Notes: generated from the letters alone by a model not told the origin. Counted from the first letter of the stretch, positions 38,896 through 49,288 are shown. The stretch is 64,000 nt of DNA from Desulfomonilia bacterium (GCA_050014195.1 JBEKDT010000018.1:1-64000), one strand, 5' to 3'. Translations and numbers: made by a program.

Positions 38896-39810
38896 ATGGA
38901 ACAGCCCAAACGGTGGCCAACCATACTCATCCTCATCATCATGCAGATCGCCTGGCTTATTGTTCTGGTCATAGGGGTAGTCTGGTTTATTCATTATCGC
39001 CACATCCGCATTCGCCCGATAGGCGTCTGGGATGTTGTCGTAATCACCGAAGTCTCTATACTCTTTACCCTTATCCTCGCAGGGATTTATGTGCTCTTCA
39101 TCCTTTACCAGAGGCAGCTCACCCTTCTGAAGACCCAGATGTACATCCTCCAGTCCGTCACCCATGCCTTCAAGACGCCGCTGGCCACCATGCAGCTCTA
39201 CCTGGAAACTATTACCAAACGGGACCTCCCGGAGAAAACGAGGGTTGAACTCTTAAACGGCATGCTCATGGTGAATCAGCGCTTGAAATCGCTGGTATAT
39301 AATTTTCTTGAGAGCGCCCGTCTGAGTTCAAACCGAAGACCCTACTCTTTTTCCATGGTATCCCTACCCCGGTTCATCTCCTCCTATATTGGAAATAATG
39401 AGATCTTCCTCAAAGATGTCGATGTGCACTTCCATCCACCCGATGAAGATATCCTCGTCTGTGTGGATGCCGATACCTTTGAAATGGTATTCTCGAACCT
39501 TATCGAAAACGCCATCCATTATTCCACGTCCTCTCCGAGGGTGGACATCAGGTTGTGGAAGGATGACAGGTGGGCATTTATCGAATTTTCTGATACAGGG
39601 ATAGGTATACCCCAAGAGCGCCACCTAGATGTATTCAAGATGTTCAAGAGGCTTCCGGAGGGTGCAAACCTCTGGGGCTCAGGAACAGGTATGGGCCTGT
39701 ATGTGGTAAAAGGCATTATTAAGGCACATGGAGGGACTATAAGGGTGAACGTTAAAGACAAGGGAGAGGGCACCTCCTTCAGGATTCGATTGCCTATTAC
39801 GAGATTATGA
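38896..39810 (+). CDS. membrane sensor histidine kinase
   Basis: Two TM helices, H-box THAFKTPL, NLIENA, DTGIG, GTGMGL. Confidence 0.92.
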   Translation: MEQPKRWPTILILIIMQIAWLIVLVIGVVWFIHYRHIRIRPIGVWDVVVITEVSILFTLILAGIYVLFILYQRQLTLLKTQMYILQSVTHAFKTPLATMQLYLETITKRDLPEKTRVELLNGMLMVNQRLKSLVYNFLESARLSSNRRPYSFSMVSLPRFISSYIGNNEIFLKDVDVHFHPPDEDILVCVDADTFEMVFSNLIENAIHYSTSSPRVDIRLWKDDRWAFIEFSDTGIGIPQERHLDVFKMFKRLPEGANLWGSGTGMGLYVVKGIIKAHGGTIRVNVKDKGEGTSFRIRLPITRL

Positions 39811-40496
39811 CCATCAAATGGCGCATTCTCATTATTGAAGACGACCATGCACTGTCATTGGGGTTGAGAATTAATCTGGAGGCTGAAGGATATGAAGTTC
39901 TCCATGCATTAACCGCTGAGGAAGGTTTGGCCATCCTTGATAATTCCAGTGCAGACTTGGTGGTCCTCGACCTTATGCTGCCCGGTATGGACGGGGTTGA
40001 AGCGCTTGAGCGTATACGGAGCGAGAACCTTAAGCTTCCTGTGCTCATCCTTACTGCACGTTCTTCTGCGGATGATAAAGTCGAGGGACTGAAGGCCGGG
40101 GCCGACGACTATCTCACCAAGCCCTTTCACCTGGAGGAGTTTCTCCTCAGGGTTCGCAGGATGCTCGACCGGTACCAATGGTACAAACCGGAAGATGTAC
40201 TCCAGATCGGCAATACCAGGGTCGATTTCAATACCCTGGAGATAGAGGATAGTACCGGTAAGATCTTGCGTATCACACCTCATGAGGCAAACCTTATTCA
40301 ATACATCACCCTCCACCAGGACCGCATTGTGACACGCTCCGAGCTGCTGAAGAACGTCTGGGGACTCGACCCCGATATCGAGACAAGGACCGTGGATACA
40401 TTCATCTCCCGGATCAGGCGATATCTTGAAAAAGACCCCTCAAAACCTGAGCATATCATCAGCATCAGGGGCAAGGGATATCGGTTTCTCCCTTAG
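39807..40496 (+). CDS. OmpR-family response regulator
   Basis: Receiver (EDD, DLMLP, KPF) plus winged helix (RTVDTFI.RIR, RGKGY). Confidence 0.95.
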   Translation: MTIKWRILIIEDDHALSLGLRINLEAEGYEVLHALTAEEGLAILDNSSADLVVLDLMLPGMDGVEALERIRSENLKLPVLILTARSSADDKVEGLKAGADDYLTKPFHLEEFLLRVRRMLDRYQWYKPEDVLQIGNTRVDFNTLEIEDSTGKILRITPHEANLIQYITLHQDRIVTRSELLKNVWGLDPDIETRTVDTFISRIRRYLEKDPSKPEHIISIRGKGYRFLP

Positions 40497-40528
40497 TGAA
40501 TAGTGGCTAGTGATTACTGACTAGTGGT
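40494..40528. repeat. imperfect heptamer tandem repeat (5 units)
   Basis: TAGTGAA TAGTGGC TAGTGAT TACTGAC TAGTGGT. Confidence 0.7.
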
Positions 40529-40637
40529 GTAAAGGATTTCTTGGCAGTACAGTTAAAATGGGGGATCATAACAATTAAATAATATAGAAAACAGTAACTG
40601 ATATTTTGACACATTTGATACAATGATTTATATAAAT

Positions 40638-40654
40638 CTTATAGTTTAACTTTA
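40638..40654 (+). promoter_or_regulatory. putative operator upstream of MerR gene
   Basis: CTTATAGTTTAACTTTA, identical to 43152-43168. Confidence 0.65.
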
Positions 40655-40670
40655 TACTTAAGAGGAGCAG

Positions 40671-41366
40671 GTGATGGGGCTGAAAATAGGTGAGATTGCC
40701 AAGAAAAGCGGTGTGCCCCCCTCAACGATACGTTACTATGTGCGGCAAGGGCTCCTTCCGGAGCCGGACAAGGTCAATAAGAGCATGGCCTACTATGACG
40801 AGCAATGCATAGAAAAGATATATGCCATCCGTCATCTCCAGGAAAGGAAATACTTTCCTCTGTCGGTGATTAAAAACATCCTCCGGAGGATGGACCAGGG
40901 CCTCAGCCTCGATGAGGCTGAAGCTATTGAGGACGCTGTCTTTGGGGCTGTACCCGAAGCCGCGGAGAAGGTAATGGATAGGGCCCAGTTTCTTCAGAAC
41001 ACCAAACTTACCAATGATGAACTCCAGACAGCCCTTAAGATAGGGCTCTTGATTCCTTATCTCCAGGAAAAAGGACGCACCCTCTATAACCAAGAAGATG
41101 TCCGTTTTGCACGAGAGGCCCTCAAGAAGATACTTACCTTCGGCCAGGATCTCCATGAACTGAGCTTCTATGTGGATCTTGGGAAACAGATCGTCGACCA
41201 TGAAATGAGCCTGCGGAAAGCTGCGGTTAAAGGAAAATCTCAACAGGAAAATATCCGTGTCACAACCGAAATTTCAAAGATGGCAGACCTCCTGAGGGGC
41301 TACATTATCCGGAGACTTTTTCAGAGAAGGGTCCAAGCTGCTATCCAGAAGAGTCTTACTGAATGA
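40671..41366 (+). CDS. MerR-family transcriptional regulator
   Basis: LKIGEIAKKSGV..STIRYY..GLLP HTH; second degenerate HTH-like segment mid-protein. Confidence 0.9.
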   Translation: MMGLKIGEIAKKSGVPPSTIRYYVRQGLLPEPDKVNKSMAYYDEQCIEKIYAIRHLQERKYFPLSVIKNILRRMDQGLSLDEAEAIEDAVFGAVPEAAEKVMDRAQFLQNTKLTNDELQTALKIGLLIPYLQEKGRTLYNQEDVRFAREALKKILTFGQDLHELSFYVDLGKQIVDHEMSLRKAAVKGKSQQENIRVTTEISKMADLLRGYIIRRLFQRRVQAAIQKSLTE

Positions 41367-41737
41367 TTATCCGAGGATATTTTCTTTCCACACCTTTGGG
41401 TAATTCTTTTCCAATAAACCGGAAAATCTGTTAATCAAATTTCATAACGCACCGTATTTCCAAGCCCACGCATTGAGCATGATTTTTGCAACACAAGTAT
41501 TTGATTATTTTTTTATTTATCACATGTTTGATCAATTATTTTGAACGTGGGGGATTCTCTTTGCGGAGGTAATTATACGGGAATAGATAAAGACGTGTGA
41601 ATCCAATAATCCCTCTATAAGTCTGGCGGTCTTTGTCCGTTGAGGGCATAGGGATAAAGACCCAGAGTTGATATAATATTATGCTACAGAAATACTTTAT
41701 GGTATTATGTCCTTGAGCGTAGAAGGAAACGTATACG

Positions 41738-43003
41738 ATGCAGCAAACCCTCTCGGCAATACGAACTCATATGGTCTTTCTCTTAACCGTAAGTGCGATC
41801 CTCACCACCCTGATCGGTATTACGGGATGCGGTAGCGGAGGCGGGCCTGCTATTGCTAAACCCGAAGGCTCTTATAAAGTCGGGTATTTCATTGATAGCC
41901 CTGTGGAGGGACTGCAATATAAAACACCCTCTTGGTCCGGCCTCACGGATTCAAAAGGTAGCTTCAACTATCAAGACGGAGAAGAGATAACCTTTTCTCT
42001 TGGTACTGTTATTCTTGGACAAACACAGGCGAAAGGAATTATCACCCCTGTAGACCTTGACAGTGCGAACCCAACAACTTCAAGTACAAAAGTTATCAAC
42101 ATTTCACGGTTGCTGATAACTCTCGATCAAGACGGTAATCCTGATAATGGCATAACAATAACCCAGAGCGTCAGAGATGCACTGAAGGGAATCAACGTAG
42201 ATTTAACTAACCCGAATATTGATAACAGTGCAGGAATCCAAGAAATGTTCAAGCGGTTGAATGGTCTCGGGATCTATCCAGAAGAAGTTACCGGGCTCGT
42301 ATCTGCTGATGTTGCACAGAACCATCTTGAGAATTCCTTAAGCCAGATCGCGGCAGAAGATGAACAGGCGGCCGAAGCTCTCAAAAACTTGAAGATTCAA
42401 CCGGCTATAGGCCTGCCATTCTCAAGCATTATCATGGTGCAGGGGCAGTCATTAAACCTTAAGGGCTCCATTTCCGGCGGTAAAGCACCTTATACCTACT
42501 CATGGAGTATCAACGATGAGAAGCCCTTTTCAACAAAGCAAAGCCCAGGCAATCTCACCTTCAAGGCACAAGGTTCCTATACCCTCACATTCACCGCATC
42601 AGATAGCACCGGCGATACAAAGACGGATGTGCGCCACATCACCGTATTCGGACCGGAAACCCAGGAGGGCCCCTTTCCAAGCGATTCCATCCCTTCGGCA
42701 TCGATCCTCTCCCCCACTCAGGGTACAATAATAAAGGCAGGGAGCACCGTAAATATCCAAGCGATGATTTATAACGGCGATGTCCCATTATACTATGGCT
42801 TGAGTATGGGTGCTCCCGGTAACTCCTATACCCTCCAGAATGAGACCGTCGTTTGCGTTTCGCCTCGTACCTACCTTATTACGCAGGCTATGACCTTTAC
42901 AGCACCCGGGACATACTCTATTGGAATTGCAGTACAAGATACGGGACAAAATGGTAAAACACCTGACTACAATGCCGCCAGCGGTGGGATTACCGTAGAG
43001 TAG
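41738..43003 (+). CDS. lipoprotein with PKD/Ig-like domains
   Basis: Lipobox ITGC-GSGGG; FIDSPVEGLQY domain, LDQDGNPDNGI, PYTYSW..GSYTLTFTASD. Confidence 0.7.
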   Translation: MQQTLSAIRTHMVFLLTVSAILTTLIGITGCGSGGGPAIAKPEGSYKVGYFIDSPVEGLQYKTPSWSGLTDSKGSFNYQDGEEITFSLGTVILGQTQAKGIITPVDLDSANPTTSSTKVINISRLLITLDQDGNPDNGITITQSVRDALKGINVDLTNPNIDNSAGIQEMFKRLNGLGIYPEEVTGLVSADVAQNHLENSLSQIAAEDEQAAEALKNLKIQPAIGLPFSSIIMVQGQSLNLKGSISGGKAPYTYSWSINDEKPFSTKQSPGNLTFKAQGSYTLTFTASDSTGDTKTDVRHITVFGPETQEGPFPSDSIPSASILSPTQGTIIKAGSTVNIQAMIYNGDVPLYYGLSMGAPGNSYTLQNETVVCVSPRTYLITQAMTFTAPGTYSIGIAVQDTGQNGKTPDYNAASGGITVE

Positions 43004-43151
43004 GCAAAAAACCATACCTTCTCCTTGAGAAGGAAACTTCAATTCAATATCAAGTATGGAAATCACTTTCCGGCTCTTGAAAGTATTCATCTCCCTTCCG
43101 GGCTACTGGAAAAGTGATGTTGACAATGTATGAATATATCCGGTATAAAAC

Positions 43152-43168
43152 CTTATAGTTTAACTTTA
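43152..43168 (+). promoter_or_regulatory. putative operator upstream of first FabK/NMO paralogue
   Basis: CTTATAGTTTAACTTTA immediately downstream of TTGACA-N17-TATAAA. Confidence 0.65.
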
Positions 43169-43239
43169 ATCTTTATAACTTGCGTGGAGTATTATCGAAA
43201 GGTAGCCCTCTTAAAAAACAAATCATAGGGGAGTCATAT

Positions 43240-44379
43240 ATGAAGACACGTATAACTGAGCTCTTCGGCATCAAGCATCCCATCGTACTTTCCGGCATGA
43301 GCTGGATCAGCATTCCGAAGATGGTTGCAGCGGTATCCAATGCAGGCGGCCTGGGTATTTTGGCAACGGGGCCGTTTGATGCAGCACAGACAAGGGATGC
43401 CATCAGGGAGATCAAGTCATTAACCAATAAACCGTTCGGAACAAACGCCACACTGCTCTTCCCCGGCGCCTCTGATAATGCACGGGTGGCGCTGGAAGAA
43501 AAGGTGCCGGTCATCAACTTCTCGCTGGGCAAAGGCGATTGGATTGTTAAGGCCGCCCATGAATACGGCGGCAAGGTTGTTGCCACAGTAGTCAACCACA
43601 AGCATGCCAAGCGTGCCCAGGACTATGGGTGCGACGCACTGCTCGTAACCGGCCATGAGGCCGCAGCCCATGGCGGAGATGCCACCACCTTCTGTCTTGT
43701 ACCGAGCATTGCGAATGCGGTTAATATTCCCATCATCGCAGCAGGAGGCATTGCAGACGGAAGAGGTCTCGCGGCTGCCATTGCGCTGGGTGCCGATGCA
43801 GCGGCAATGGGTACAAGGCTCATGGCTACCAAAGAGAGTCCGCTCCACGAGAATTACAAACAACTCTCCATCCAGAAAGAGGTGTATGATACCGTGTATT
43901 CGACCCGCTTTGACGGCCTTGGCTGCAGGGTGCTTGATACAAAGGCGGCCAGAGATGCTATCCGCCAAGGCCTGAACATCAGAAAGCTCCTTGAGGCACT
44001 GCCTAATTCTGTGAGCATAGCCGACCAGCTCCATCTCCCCTACTTTAAGCTCTTCCTCGGCGTTATGGCCTCAGGATGGAAGAATGCCAGACAGCTTGCA
44101 TTCATGGCGAATGCCTTCAAGGCAATACGGATTGCCACCGAGGATGGCGACATCAAGAAGGGTGTGCTCCCCGTAGGTCAGGCTACAGGCTTAATGAGGG
44201 ATATCCCGACCGTAGCGGAGGCTATCGAGCGGACAGTGAGAGAGGCCGAGGAGATTGTCATTCATCTGGCACGAATGTCGAACGGCTCTCCAAAGGTGTA
44301 TGCAGCGCCTAACCCAAAACCCAAGGCAGCCAAAGCCCCCAGGAAGTCTGTATCCAGGAAGAAACCCAAAGAGCTCTAG
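43240..44379 (+). CDS. nitronate monooxygenase / FabK-like flavin oxidoreductase
   Basis: HPIVLSGM, VSNAGGLG, GHEAAAHGG, AAGGIADGRG, MGTR. Confidence 0.9.
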   Translation: MKTRITELFGIKHPIVLSGMSWISIPKMVAAVSNAGGLGILATGPFDAAQTRDAIREIKSLTNKPFGTNATLLFPGASDNARVALEEKVPVINFSLGKGDWIVKAAHEYGGKVVATVVNHKHAKRAQDYGCDALLVTGHEAAAHGGDATTFCLVPSIANAVNIPIIAAGGIADGRGLAAAIALGADAAAMGTRLMATKESPLHENYKQLSIQKEVYDTVYSTRFDGLGCRVLDTKAARDAIRQGLNIRKLLEALPNSVSIADQLHLPYFKLFLGVMASGWKNARQLAFMANAFKAIRIATEDGDIKKGVLPVGQATGLMRDIPTVAEAIERTVREAEEIVIHLARMSNGSPKVYAAPNPKPKAAKAPRKSVSRKKPKEL

Positions 44380-44398
44380 AATTATCCGTCAAAATGTG

Positions 44399-44438
44399 AA
44401 AAGCGGTCATGCCCCCCTTGGAGGGCATAACCGCTTTC
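44399..44438. terminator. bidirectional terminator between convergent paralogues
   Basis: AAAGCGGTCATGCCC...GGGCATAACCGCTTT stem with A/T tails. Confidence 0.75.
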
Positions 44439-44450
44439 TTTTATCGAAGT

Positions 44451-45440
44451 TTATTGGACTAGGGTTGATGTCTTTTTCAGGCAGGTAATTGCATCATCAT
44501 GCATCTTTTTCATCAGTTCGCTACAACTGATTACATCGTGAATATGACCAATGGATTGTCCCACCATCATAGGTGCATCCTCCACATCTCCGGTCTCCCA
44601 GGCCCTTTTAATACGCTGCCCGGCGATAAGCGGAATGAGGGCTTCGATCCCCTTGCCCGCTGCTTCAGCGGTAAGTACCTCTAAAATAATCTTGTTCTTC
44701 AAGGCCCTGCCCTGAAGCCCGATAGTCTTGCACATGATGGTGGTCTCGTATTCCTGGCGTTTGATGAGTTCTTGCTTGATATTATCATGCACATCACATT
44801 CTTTTGTGGCAATAAACCTGCTTGCCATCATGACGCCTTGCGCCCCAAGGGTGAGTGCTGCAGCCAAAGACCTGCCGTCGGCAATGCCTCCAACCGTGAC
44901 GACCGGAATCTTGACGGAATCGACAATCCTCGGGGTGAGAACCATGGTAGTGACATCATCTCCAAGCGGGTGCCCTCCCTCCTCGAAACCGGCGGCGTAT
45001 ACGCCATCGTAGCCGGCCTTTTGTGCGTGGACAGCATGCCTCACCGAACCCACCTTATGAAACAACTTCACTCCGGCATTTTTTAACTCTTCAAAGGTCT
45101 TTTTGCCGAGTGCCTTGTCCAGGGGGGTACCTGAGACCTCGATACCGGCAACGCGCTCTTCTCTGCACACCTTGGCATACATGGCATGATGCTCCGAGGT
45201 AATGCGTACCGATGGAAGTATGGTGATGCCCACCATAAAGGGTTTGTCCGTGAGCTTCCTCACCTCTTTTATTGCAGCCCTGAACTGCTCTTCGGTCTCA
45301 AAATTACCCGCTGTAAGGTTGCCCATACCCCCGGCATTTGAAATGGCTGCACACAGTTTCGGTGTACAAAGCCACATCATGGCACCGCAGATAACAGGGT
45401 ATTCAATGCCGAACATATCCGTAATGGCGGTCTTGATCAT
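44451..45440 (-). CDS. nitronate monooxygenase / FabK-like flavin oxidoreductase (second paralogue)
   Basis: YPVICGAM, ISNAGGMG, EEGGH, GGIADGR, GQSIG. Confidence 0.9.
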   Translation of the reverse strand: MIKTAITDMFGIEYPVICGAMMWLCTPKLCAAISNAGGMGNLTAGNFETEEQFRAAIKEVRKLTDKPFMVGITILPSVRITSEHHAMYAKVCREERVAGIEVSGTPLDKALGKKTFEELKNAGVKLFHKVGSVRHAVHAQKAGYDGVYAAGFEEGGHPLGDDVTTMVLTPRIVDSVKIPVVTVGGIADGRSLAAALTLGAQGVMMASRFIATKECDVHDNIKQELIKRQEYETTIMCKTIGLQGRALKNKIILEVLTAEAAGKGIEALIPLIAGQRIKRAWETGDVEDAPMMVGQSIGHIHDVISCSELMKKMHDDAITCLKKTSTLVQ

Positions 45441-45465
45441 GTTTCCCCCTCTGGATATAAAAGGT

Positions 45466-45480
45466 TAAAGTTGTACTTTA
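45466..45480 (-). promoter_or_regulatory. putative operator upstream of second FabK/NMO paralogue
   Basis: Perfect palindrome TAAAGT-tgt-ACTTTA matching the TAwAGT-N3-ACTTTA motif. Confidence 0.55.
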
Positions 45481-45682
45481 TGCTTTAGTATTCGTACACG
45501 CATCCCCCCACCTGTGTCAATATTTTTTTGCAAGAGAGTGTCTCATGAAAATTATTCAATGCGCTTCATATCAAGCTTTTACAAACTCTTCATTCTGTGT
45601 TCTTGCATAACAGCAGAAACTTGTCCTTTGTATAACCCTATGGTAGGTTTATCCGGCACATCGGATAAAGGGGGTACATCTT

Positions 45683-46894
45683 TTGAAATATAGGTTCTCA
45701 ACAAACGATTATTTTATTTATCTCCTGAGTTATGTCTTCTTCTTTCTCTATATAGCCGATGCCCAAGCATTTTTTATCATCCCCTTTCTCAGAGATATTC
45801 CATCCTGGATTTATCTCATCATAGCTATTGCACTCAATGTATGGGTCCTCCCTTTACCCGGCATTCACCCCAGGTTGCCGAAACCACCCGAGGTAGAGGG
45901 GCTTCCTGCCCCGCTTGAGGCCCCTGCCCTGCCGGAAAAGCCCGCTGAACGTGAAAAAAAGGCCCCACCCAAACCAACACCGGAAGAAAAACTCGGCAAA
46001 GGTTTATCGAAAACGCACAAGGGGTTCATCGATAGAATATCCGCAGTATTTAAGCGGTCATCTTCCCTTGATCAAGGTTTGCTTATTGAGCTTGAAGAGA
46101 CTCTCGTGGGCACCGACATCGGTGTAAGAACCGCCTATGCACTCTTCGAGTCAGTCCAGAAAAAGGCCGCCTCATTGAACGGCCCTGATTCGGCCTTGAG
46201 AGCCATCCGGGAAGAGGTCGAGACCATCCTTGAAAAACGGGAGTCACCCCTTGAAATTCCTGAAGGCGTTAAGCCTTTTGTCATGATGGTGACCGGGGTA
46301 AACGGTTCAGGTAAGACAACCACTATCGCCAAGATCGCCTATCATTTGAAAAACGAAGGTAAATCGGTAGTGATTGCATCAGGCGACACATTTCGAGCCG
46401 CAGCAATAGAGCAGCTCGAACACTGGGCCAATAAGGTAGGGGTCGATTTCGTCAAGGCCCAGGAAGGTGCCGACCCCTCATCCGTCGCCTTTGACGGTCT
46501 ACAGGCTGCCATCGCCAGAAATCATGATGTACTCATCATCGATACGGCCGGCAGGCTCCATACCAAAGAGAATCTCATGGAGGAATTGAAGAAGACACAG
46601 AGGGTTCTTGGAAAGAAATACGAAGGCGCACCCCATGAGATCCTCCTTGTGCTTGATGCCACCATCGGCCAGAACGCCATCGAGCAAACAAGGCAGTTCA
46701 ACAATGCCCTTACGGTTACCGGCATTGCTCTGACCAAACTGGATGGATCATCCAAGGGAGGCGTGATCGTGGGTATTGCCAATGAGTTCGAGATACCCAT
46801 ACGTTTCATCGGTATCGGCGAGGATATGGACGATCTCCAGCCGTTTCATGCGAAAAGTTTTGTAAATGCCCTCTTCCTTGACAATGAGTCTTAG
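45683..46894 (+). CDS. ftsY: signal recognition particle receptor FtsY with hydrophobic N-terminus
   Basis: GVNGSGKTTT, DTFRAAA, DTAGR, TKLDG..KGG, GIGE. Confidence 0.96.
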   Translation: MKYRFSTNDYFIYLLSYVFFFLYIADAQAFFIIPFLRDIPSWIYLIIAIALNVWVLPLPGIHPRLPKPPEVEGLPAPLEAPALPEKPAEREKKAPPKPTPEEKLGKGLSKTHKGFIDRISAVFKRSSSLDQGLLIELEETLVGTDIGVRTAYALFESVQKKAASLNGPDSALRAIREEVETILEKRESPLEIPEGVKPFVMMVTGVNGSGKTTTIAKIAYHLKNEGKSVVIASGDTFRAAAIEQLEHWANKVGVDFVKAQEGADPSSVAFDGLQAAIARNHDVLIIDTAGRLHTKENLMEELKKTQRVLGKKYEGAPHEILLVLDATIGQNAIEQTRQFNNALTVTGIALTKLDGSSKGGVIVGIANEFEIPIRFIGIGEDMDDLQPFHAKSFVNALFLDNES

Positions 46895-46912
46895 GGCTCA
46901 GGTAGTTAGGTT

Positions 46913-47911
46913 ATGCTGAAGATTCCTAAAAAAAGGCTCAAGCTTATCTTCGATGCCATGAAGTCAAAGTGCATCATGGTTATCGGCGATCTCATGCTGG
47001 ATGAATACATCTGGGGTAAAGTGGAACGCATCTCACCAGAGGCCCCGGTCCCCGTGGTAGAGGTACAAAGCGAACTCTTTAAGCTCGGCGGGGCCGGAAA
47101 CGTTGCAAACAACTTATTGGGCCTAGGGGCGCAGGTAATCATCATTGCAGTAAAAGGCAGTGACCGCCATGGCGATATCCTCCAGGGTATCCTTACAGAC
47201 TTGAAAATTTCAACCGATTCCATCTTCACCGACCACAAGCGGGGCACTACGGTAAAGACCCGGATCATTGCTCACACCCAGCAGGTGGCTAGGATCGACA
47301 AGGAAAATACATCTTTAATCACGGATGCCATGCTGAAAAAAATAGTCTCCTCATACCGGGACCGCCTGAAAAAGATCGATGCACTCATCATCTCCGACTA
47401 TGGCAAGGGGATGGTGAGCAAAAAACTTATAAACCAGGTAGTTCCCCTTGCCCGTGCTCACGGCATCCCGGTATGCGTAGATCCCAAGGAAAGAAATTTC
47501 CCCCATTATAAGAATGTGAGCGTCATCACCCCGAATATCAAAGAACTGGGCTTTGGGGCGGGCATTAAAATCGAGGATTACGATCACATCATCCAGGCGG
47601 CGCGGAAGGTTAAGGACATGCTTCACTGCAACATGATCCTGGTGACCAGAGGGGAACATGGGATGAGTCTGTTTGCCGAGGATAGTGATCCCACTGATAT
47701 CCCTACCACCGCCAAGGCAGTATTCGATGTCACCGGCGCAGGTGATACCGTTATTGCGTGTTTCACCCTGGCACTGGCATCAGGCGCCACCCCCAAGGAA
47801 GCAGCCATCATCGCCAACGTTGCGGCAGGACTTGTAGTAGCACAGGTCGGTGCCGCGAGCGTGCCCTGGGAGAAGCTCAAAAAGGTATGCATGGAGGAGA
47901 TCGGTGGGTAA
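46913..47911 (+). CDS. rfaE1: D-glycero-beta-D-manno-heptose-7-phosphate kinase (HldE domain I)
   Basis: GDLMLDEY, RISPEAPVP, GGAGNVA, SDYGKG, DVTGAGDT. Confidence 0.93.
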   Translation: MLKIPKKRLKLIFDAMKSKCIMVIGDLMLDEYIWGKVERISPEAPVPVVEVQSELFKLGGAGNVANNLLGLGAQVIIIAVKGSDRHGDILQGILTDLKISTDSIFTDHKRGTTVKTRIIAHTQQVARIDKENTSLITDAMLKKIVSSYRDRLKKIDALIISDYGKGMVSKKLINQVVPLARAHGIPVCVDPKERNFPHYKNVSVITPNIKELGFGAGIKIEDYDHIIQAARKVKDMLHCNMILVTRGEHGMSLFAEDSDPTDIPTTAKAVFDVTGAGDTVIACFTLALASGATPKEAAIIANVAAGLVVAQVGAASVPWEKLKKVCMEEIGG

Positions 47912-48440
47912 GGTGTCCTTCCCTGAAAAGGTCATGCTTTTCAGCAGCATGATCTATAATAATGAGAAGTCGCCAGTGGAGAAGGCAATTTCATTACTGA
48001 AAGAGCAATTCGGCCAGACTATCATGACTACCGAAGCCATGCCTTTTACCTACACTGATTATTACTGCAAGGAGATGGGGTCTCCCCTTTATCGGCTTAT
48101 CCTTGCATTCTCTGAGCTCGTGAAGAGAGACTCCCTGCCCGAGATAAAAATGAAAACAAATAAGATGGAAAACGATTTTCTTGAAGAAGGAAAAAGAAGG
48201 ATTAACCTCGACCCGGGACTCATCACCTTGGAGAATATATGCCTTGCCACAACAAAACCCTTCACCCACCGTATCTATCTCGGCAAAGGCATATGGGCTG
48301 AGATCACCCTCATATACCGGGGGGAATCTTACCGGAGACTGGAATGGACTTACCCTGATTATGGGTCTGATGAACTCATCGGGATCTTCAACAACCTCAG
48401 GGAGACATATAGGAGGAGGCTGAGATGCCAAGAAGCATGA
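47904..48440 (+). CDS. DUF4416-family protein (GTG start)
   Basis: TDYY..EMG, RRINLDPG, LATTK..HRIYL..GI, WTYPDY. Confidence 0.8.
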   Translation: MGKVSFPEKVMLFSSMIYNNEKSPVEKAISLLKEQFGQTIMTTEAMPFTYTDYYCKEMGSPLYRLILAFSELVKRDSLPEIKMKTNKMENDFLEEGKRRINLDPGLITLENICLATTKPFTHRIYLGKGIWAEITLIYRGESYRRLEWTYPDYGSDELIGIFNNLRETYRRRLRCQEA

Positions 48441-49288
48441 CAGGGTTCGGTCAGGCCGATGCCCACGGATATCATGTGGAGATCAAGGGGGTCAACCATC
48501 GATACAAGGATATACGGGTAAAGATGCCCAAAGACCTTTCAGCCTTTGAAATACCGGTTCGAGATATGGTTTCTGAGGCGGTCCACAGAGGGAAGGTGGA
48601 CGTAACGGTCACGAAAAGCACTACCGGCAATGCCCAGGAGAAAATGGCCATCAACTGGGAGCTGGCAAAGGCATACTTTGAAGACCTCCGCACCATGGCG
48701 AATGCCTTTGGAGGTGAGGTGACCTTCCGCGATGTCCTCCTCATTCCGGGGATATTCAGCGAGGGACCGGATCGGATTGAAGATCCATTGCCCCTCATCG
48801 CTCAGGCGCTCAGAGAGGCCCTTGGATCATTCTCCAACGCACGAGAGAATGAAGGAATGAACTTAACAAAAGATATTCTTTTCCGGGTCGGGCACTTGCA
48901 TGAAATGGCCGAGTCTATGAAAAAACTTGCATCAGATATGACAAACGTATATAAAGACAGGCTGCATGCCAATTTAAACGCACTTCTCTCAGACAAGTCA
49001 AGTATGATTGATGATGTTCGTCTGGAGCAGGAAGTGGCGTTACTGGCAGATAAAAGCGATATCACCGAAGAATTGGTGCGGCTGAACAGCCATACACGTG
49101 TACTTGAGGAGACGATCACTACCCAGACAGGTTCTATCGGCAGACACACTGATTTCATCCTTCAGGAGATCAACCGGGAGATAAACACTATCGGGTCAAA
49201 GAGCCAGATCAATGCCTTGAGCCGCATCGTGATTGATGCAAAGACGGAAATGGAAAAAATCAGAGAACAGGTTCAAAATATTGAATAG
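48425..49288 (+). CDS. yicC: YicC/YloC-family endoribonuclease
   Basis: SMTGFG, VNHRY, DITEELVRL.SH, QEINREINTIGSK, REQVQNIE. Confidence 0.93.
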   Translation: MPRSMTGFGQADAHGYHVEIKGVNHRYKDIRVKMPKDLSAFEIPVRDMVSEAVHRGKVDVTVTKSTTGNAQEKMAINWELAKAYFEDLRTMANAFGGEVTFRDVLLIPGIFSEGPDRIEDPLPLIAQALREALGSFSNARENEGMNLTKDILFRVGHLHEMAESMKKLASDMTNVYKDRLHANLNALLSDKSSMIDDVRLEQEVALLADKSDITEELVRLNSHTRVLEETITTQTGSIGRHTDFILQEINREINTIGSKSQINALSRIVIDAKTEMEKIREQVQNIE

